A DNA stretch of 64,000 bases from Craspedostauros australis (lineage: Eukaryota). Under the pieces are notes generated by a model, which was not told the DNA's origin, did no database searches, and was given only the letters and a program-made list of their open reading frames with translations. Positions 58,025 to 64,000 of this stretch are shown piece by piece. Positions within the stretch are counted from its first letter, which is position 1. Each line of letters opens with the position of its first letter. The position numbers and the translations under genes are program-made. The stretch spans positions 1 to 64,000 of the forward strand of contig JALAGF010000008.1 in NCBI GenBank assembly GCA_030167865.1, written 5' to 3'.

Positions 58025-58659
58025 TCAACTGTTTATGCTGATGTCGATGTGGGTGTGAATCAAACTTTATGTTCTTGCTTGCATCAAATCAACAGAAACG
58101 GGCAACACGTTGTGGACGCCTTTCTTGCATTTCCATAGTCGTCTCGCTTCCTTCAGCTTCCATTGCTGGCTTTGCTGTCCAGAACTTGCTGCAGTTGTAA
58201 CTTTACTGTTAATCGATCAACAGACTTGTCGTACGTGCAGCTTCCGATGCCGGTCGGCGGTTTCTCTTCGTTTGCAATCGTTCAAACTGGAAGCTTTCTC
58301 CAGGCCCGACTCGCTGCTCTCCCTACCATCCCGATGGAAATCCAAGTCGGCCGTGCAATTCCCTCACTTCGGGATCATCTCCCGTTCTCTTATATTTTCC
58401 AAGTCTCTCTCTCTCTCTATTATCACATGTTGCGCGATGAAGTGATGCCACTATGTTATGGCTTGCGTGTTTACTTATATACCGAACAACATCAGTATTG
58501 GTGCGTACGATCACTCTCACACGATCCTACCATGGATTACTGCTCGTTTGGCCCCCATCGACAGGCACAAGCCAGATGTAACGTGGTGCACCATAATACC
58601 GTGCGATGTTGCCCATTCTGTCTGCGTCTTCCACTCTGCATCCGTACCGTTCCGACATC

Positions 58660-59756
58660 AAATTGGAAACTCCGTCTTCACCCATTTCTTGACGCCTGCT
58701 TGCTTCTTCAGCCAATTGCACCATGTGCCAACCGTAGTCAATTCCAGTACAACCCGAGCGATATACAACGCACAATGAGCACCAGCAGCGTGGTGCTCAT
58801 TAATGTCGATGCCATTCATCAGAAACCTTCTCGTCATCGACAGCTTGAATGGGGCATCGAATACCACAAACATACAAATGATCATTCGCAGCATGTGATG
58901 CGACTTGCACTCCTCGAAAGGATGGACGCATGCTGCGAAATCCGAAGTGGTTACACCCCCGAATGATCTCCAGCTGCTGCTTGGCCAGACCTGTTGCGAC
59001 GACATCGTTCGCGCTGGAATCCTTGGGGGGCACCAGCCACCGACGTGGATCCAAGGGGAGGGCGTCTCCGACCTTGCTGCTTCCCGCAGCGATATGACTT
59101 CTGTATCTGGTAGACCATTGTCGTCGTCGTGGTGGTCACCGCCATTCGCGCCGACATTCATTGATTCAGCAGATGCAATGCAACGAATGGCGCAACCCAT
59201 AATGTCTCCAATGAGCCCCAACGCCTCGTACTGGATGGAGAGACCAGCCGTCCTGAATGGTGCTGCCAATTCTTGTCGGATCATTTCCTGAATCACGATG
59301 GCGAAGTTCATGTTTCCGTCCCGCCGCGGCCTACGAAAGTAAACGATGATCAGAAATCCCAAGACAAGGACGAGGATGAGTGCAATTTGCACGTCCCACC
59401 CACATTCACCGAAGCCATCCCCTGGACCACCTGGACATGCGCCGTCCAGAACACTAATCCACGATAAGACGAATGCGCTCAGTAGGAAGTATTCGGGCCG
59501 CTTGATATCGATCATCAATCTCGTATCGTAGCTTCTTGGTATGGTATATGAGCTTGTCCCACAGGACGTAGTCGAGCTCTGGCGGCAAGTGGAACTTCAA
59601 GAACTCTTTGCACATTCTCGTGGAGTGCCTTTCGCAGTTTTCCAGGACGTTCACTTTCCAGCATGTGGAGTCGTTCGGCTGCAGGAAGCTCGTTGTTTGA
59701 GCAGTCTCCGTTGGCAAGGATGTATCTAACAGAATCTGGCTTTCAAAGATCTCCAT
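58660..59756 (-). pseudogene. Frameshifted paralog of the 14581-15540 membrane protein
   Basis: Homologous blocks fall in different frames: LWDKLIYHTKKL vs LWGKLVYHTHQL; WIHVGG vs WVHVGG; QQLEII vs QRELIW; FEECKSHH vs FHEARHNH. The 3' boundary is approximate. Confidence 0.7.
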
Positions 59757-60292
59757 GTTGCCTTCTGATATGATGGCAATATCTGTGCGTACTCGCAAGG
59801 CACGAAAGATAAGGGCGAAATGCTGTCCGTTCGATTGGTCGTGGCCGCGGTTGTTCTGGCCATTGCCGCTCTTTTCGCGGGTAGCACATCATCATGGAGG
59901 ACGGGTGCCTCGTCCCATGTTCTTGCTGTCTGTGCTCTGGTTGCTCTTTGTTGTTGTGTTTTGGTTTGGGACTGCCGACCATCGCGGTTGACGCAAGCTC
60001 ACCCAAAGTGGCAGATCACACATCCGCCTGAAGCTTGCATGGCAGAGGCACGCGTACTTGTACCACTCGTGCGTAAGTATGAGCTATCATACGATACAGA
60101 TGTCGCTGTAACACGGCCCATCACGAACAAGGTGTGCAGAACCAACCCCGGAGATGATGCAAAATGTGGTCGTAGCTCGCAGTGCGATGCCGCAAACAGG
60201 AGGGACAAATGTTGCTGATGTTGGTGGGAAAGGCAACGAAAAGGTCAACGTCCGCCCACGATAATGGTGTTTTTGTGCCGAGCAACAAAAGA

Positions 60293-60365
60293 TTCCGCTA
60301 CCGGGACTCGAACCCGGGTCTCAACGGTGAGAGCGTTGTATGATAACCACCTACACTATAGCGGA
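60293..60365 (-). tRNA. tRNA-Glu (CUC), copy 2
   Basis: 73-nt cloverleaf with anticodon arm CAACG CT-CTC-AC CGTTG; downstream TTTT. Confidence 0.96.
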
Positions 60366-61523
60366 GCAGCTGTTGAGCTGTTACAATCATTCGATGAATC
60401 TAAGTTTATTATCGCTCTGCAACGAAGGCTTCCAAGCTCCCACTGCTTGCGATGCATTTGTCACAGGCTTCAGTCCATGCCAAGCATTGCATGGGCTGCC
60501 CTCAGGCGTGCTGATCGCACGACAGGTAGTGTCAAAGACGAACGCGATGCGTCTCCAGTGGGTGCTTCATTGGGCTGTTGTGGTGGTATGCGGTTGTACA
60601 AAAAAGAACGCTGGCTCCGCGTCCCATGCTATGCCGCACGAGACCCCACCCAAGTGCTGAGGGGTTAATTCTGGAGAGTCCGCTCCCCGCAGCGACAACG
60701 TTTGCGTTTGCCTCACCTACTCATGCTACAGTGCGACCCTGGGCTTGGAATGGATGTCTCAACGAAGCGAGGAAACAAAGAGTATATGCCATCAGGATAG
60801 TTTCCAAATGTTACAGCTGGTATTAGGTAGAGATATGTGACGGATATCTCACGCACGATGTTTGAAATAGAGGTGATAGAACAGAATCACGGTTACAATG
60901 CGAGAGATCTGCTGGACATGATGCTTCCGTGACGGTTGACGTTCAGACCTAGGATGACCACATGTCCGTTAGTAATAACGAACGTTTTGAAGGACATGTG
61001 TATAATTGCGGTAAATAAATATTACTTTCTTGATTGCGTCCACGTGACAACCAAATGTCGTGCTCGTCCCATCCCAACACATCAGCTTCGTCATCATCTT
61101 GTTTCTGCAACCGACAATGACATCCGCAACAACAAACTGCGTCTGCTTGTGTGTGTCGTGTATGTACGTGAAGATCTTTATTGAGGCAATAACAGTCACA
61201 CAACAAGGCCTCCAGCAGCGGTCCTCGAGAAATAAACCACTGGGTGCAGTGGCAACAAGCGCGCAGTCGACGTTCCTCTCGCCCATTGTGCATGATGGCA
61301 CCATGATACCCGCATCAAGTACCTTCCCAAGACAAATCGGATCCGTCTCACACAATATTGTGCCGTCGGTATGGGTGAGGATAGTCATGCAATACTGAAA
61401 ATGCTGGAGATGAATCGAAGTCTGTGGCAAATGTGAAGCAAACATCGGGGAAGTTGGGAGTCTTGCATTGAAAGTGTATTTAAGGCTATATTTACCCCTA
61501 AGTGGCAACAGCGCAACAGCTGC

Positions 61524-61596
61524 TCCGCTATAGTGTAGGTGGTTATCATACAACGCTCTCACCGTTGAGACCCGGGTTCGAGTCCCGGTAGCGGAA
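61524..61596 (+). tRNA. tRNA-Glu (CUC), copy 3
   Basis: Identical to copy 2; downstream TTTTT Pol III terminator. Confidence 0.96.
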
Positions 61597-62352
61597 CTTT
61601 TTGTTGCTCGGCACAACAACGCGCAGTTTTGCGCCTCTGCGTGTCGTGTCGCTTCTCTTGCATCTCGACCCTTCTTTTGCTTCCACGCTGACTGTGACAA
61701 CGACCTCACCAAGCGCCAAGACCAATGAATCGCTTTGTGCAAGCTTCATTGAGTGGCGCACTGGCTGGTCTGGCTAACTGCCACAATACAATTCCATACG
61801 AGGCTGACAGGGTGGATGAAGCCGTTCCCAAACCACAAGTACCCGGCAAAAGAAGAGCCTCCCGCGCGTCGTCCAAGCTTGATGCGAGGCATCGGCCAGA
61901 CATGCTCATTGGTGAGTACGATTTGGAAGCAGGTCACGGCAGCTGCTGGAGGGCCATCAACTATGCTTATCCGTCTGTGGAGTTGGAGCAGCACAAGTGG
62001 GTTGAGAGCAGGTCGTGACCGAGGCGAGCCCAATGTTTGGCTATGGTATTGCCACGACGCATCAACACTTGGACTGTGTCAAGAAATCAATACACTTTTA
62101 TAAAACTACGTGATGAGAGCAGCGGAGAGCAAAACCACTCTCGATATCCTTGAAGCGTTCAGACAAATCAGTGCACCCAGGGGATCTGAAGTAGGAGAAC
62201 GCAGCCGATACTGTTGCGGAAATAGGCTCCGTTGATGATGGAGGGCTGTTTTGGGCCAAGGCGGTTGAAGCCGCGATTGCTGTGGTTGAAAACGTTTATT
62301 GCAAAATATAAAAATTTGAACTCGTCCCAGGGATGGCAGCGAAAACAGCTGA

Positions 62353-62425
62353 TCCGCTATAGTGTAGGTGGTTATCATACAACGCTCTCACCGTTGAGAC
62401 CCGGGTTCGAGTCCCGGTAGCGGAA
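62353..62425 (+). tRNA. tRNA-Glu (CUC), copy 4
   Basis: Identical to copies 2 and 3; downstream TTTT. Confidence 0.96.
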
Positions 62426-63273
62426 TCTTTTGCTCCGTGATCATCTTTTTCTTTGAATGGCCACGCTTCTTCTCGTCGCAACAAAGGTTGCAAAAGCGAC
62501 GAAATGCTAGTCACACCCATCGTCTCCTTTTGTTGGTTCTCTGCATCTTGGAATTGACAACTGTATGCCACCAAAGTTGGTTGCACCTCACCATCTCATC
62601 GGAGGGAGTGATTCCGTTGTTGCTTGGAGATCTCGCCTGGAACGTGACGCAAGAAAGCGCATCGGACATTTTGCAACATGCGTTGGTGCCGCTGAAACTA
62701 AGACGAGACAATGAATCATGTTGATATACATTCTCATTGCCAGTGTCGCATAATACGTCAAGCTTTTGGGACCTACGTAGAATACGAGTATGACATCGAA
62801 GTTGATGACATATCACCTCCACACAGTCCACATGTTTGCAACAGTACGGACGGTATGAACTACGAGCTGGGTTGATCTCAGCATCAAATGATGAGATGAG
62901 AAAGGCTAATCCAGTACTCTACCACCATGGTTTGGGACTGACGCACATTGACATCTTGTCTCCCGCTTCTCTGCATCCACCACACAAACTCACTCACCCA
63001 ATCACCCATCCACAAAACCCCAACCCACATTGCGATCCGTATCATCGTTGTCGCCATCATTATCATCCAACCTGATCGGCAGCCGCAGTGCATCAACAAA
63101 GTCAGAGACAGAAAGAGAGGCATTGGATCGATCATCGAATTGATCCATTGTCCAAATCGTGTCAACGGCAGGAAAGGTCGTCGCTGGGACTTCGAATCCT
63201 ACAATCGAAGAACGATACATCACAAAATAGAGCAATACCCGCTACTCAGCTACTGTCCATACTCAGCAGAATC

Positions 63274-63881
63274 ATGAGATTGCCAATCTGCAGCTTCATG
63301 CTGCTGCTGATGTCGGCAACTACTGCCACAGCCTTTGTGCTTCCGCCATCTGGATGGACATCATCTTCAACGCCAATGTCACCACAACAACGACATGATG
63401 GCAGCGCCACCCAACTCCACATGGTGTTCGATTTCTTCAAACAGCGCAGTTCCGAAGGCCTCGAGCAACTGTCCAAACTATCCGACGCCGCCGCCAAAGG
63501 CAAACTGGGCGAGGGCCTCACCGACATTGCCTCCTACACGCGCGAGACGAACGAGGCCTTCGCGGCCGGACTGGCCAAATCGCGCAACCGCTTTCTGACG
63601 AACCTCGAGAGCCTCATGACGGGCGGTTCCGACGATCCGCTCGAGGATCTGGCCGACGTGCTGTTGCAGGCCGATCTGGGCACGGCAACGGCCGACGACA
63701 TCGTCGATGAAGTGCGCAGCCTGCAGGCCGATTCGACCAAGTTCTTGAGCCGCGACGATCTCATGAGCGTCATGCGCGGCAAGCTCATCGAAACATTGCA
63801 GACGCAGACGCGGTCGATCCAGTTCGCTCAGGATGACTTTCCGACGGTTTTGTTCATTTTGGGTGCCAACGGGATGGGAAA
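63274..63881 (+). CDS. ftsY: Plastid SRP receptor FtsY, first exon (gene continues beyond the window)
   Basis: Signal peptide + ATA|F presequence; GLAKSR, LEDLADVLLQADLG...IVDEVR, VLFILGANGMGK (SRP GTPase G1); GTGAGT donor at 63882. Confidence 0.9.
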
Positions 63882-64000
63882 GTGAGTGGGCGTGCAGTAC
63901 GAGTGGAGCATGAATGCTGTATTGTATTGTTGGTTGATGCGAATGTTGTGAATGTTGCGGAGATCAATGTCAAGCTTCTTCTCGTGAAATGGTAGAGTAG

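Noticed and set aside
61700-62300. Possible gene remnant between tRNA copies 3 and 4
   Set aside because: Short interrupted frames with no identifiable homology.
60264-62586. ORFs sharing the peptide SATGTRTRVSTVRALYDNHLHYSG
   Set aside because: Antisense translations of the tRNA-Glu genes, not a protein family.
62881-62944. ATGATGA...CTGA pair resembling a C/D snoRNA
   Set aside because: Short spacing and no guide sequence I could match to rRNA.
1-64000. Autonomous transposon, viral insert, rRNA or bacterial contig
   Set aside because: No transposase, reverse transcriptase, integrase, capsid or rRNA motifs were seen; spliceosomal introns occur throughout.

Overview
Gene-dense eukaryotic nuclear DNA with short GT-AG introns. 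It is very probably from a diatom: several bipartite signal + 'ASAF'-type plastid presequences and RXL-motif secreted proteins are present. Species cannot be determined. Left to right: 3' part of a secreted-type (PTSG)n mucin-like protein; 4-exon pyruvate phosphate dikinase; bacterial-type PARG macrodomain protein; plastid-targeted CimA-type citramalate synthase; orphan membrane protein; acidic/basic low-complexity protein; a ~2650-aa GAT-like/ARM/LRR/CHAT-protease/P-loop NTPase protein; PDZ membrane protein; small orphan; PQQ-dependent (GSDH/AA12-like) dehydrogenase; gp78/HRD1-like RING-CUE ligase; Mpv17/PMP22 fused to tandem ACT domains; RPS5; GRDP-like/SUMO-like fusion; MSS51-C-like protein; KIX-like Q/N-rich protein; two tandem paralogous RXL/GN-rich type I membrane proteins; four tRNA-Glu(CUC) genes, two of which flank a frameshifted pseudogene; and exon 1 of plastid FtsY. 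The best candidates for undescribed biology are the CHAT-NTPase giant protein, the Mpv17-ACT fusion and the RXL/GN-rich membrane protein pair. All family calls come from motif recognition by eye; no database searches were run.
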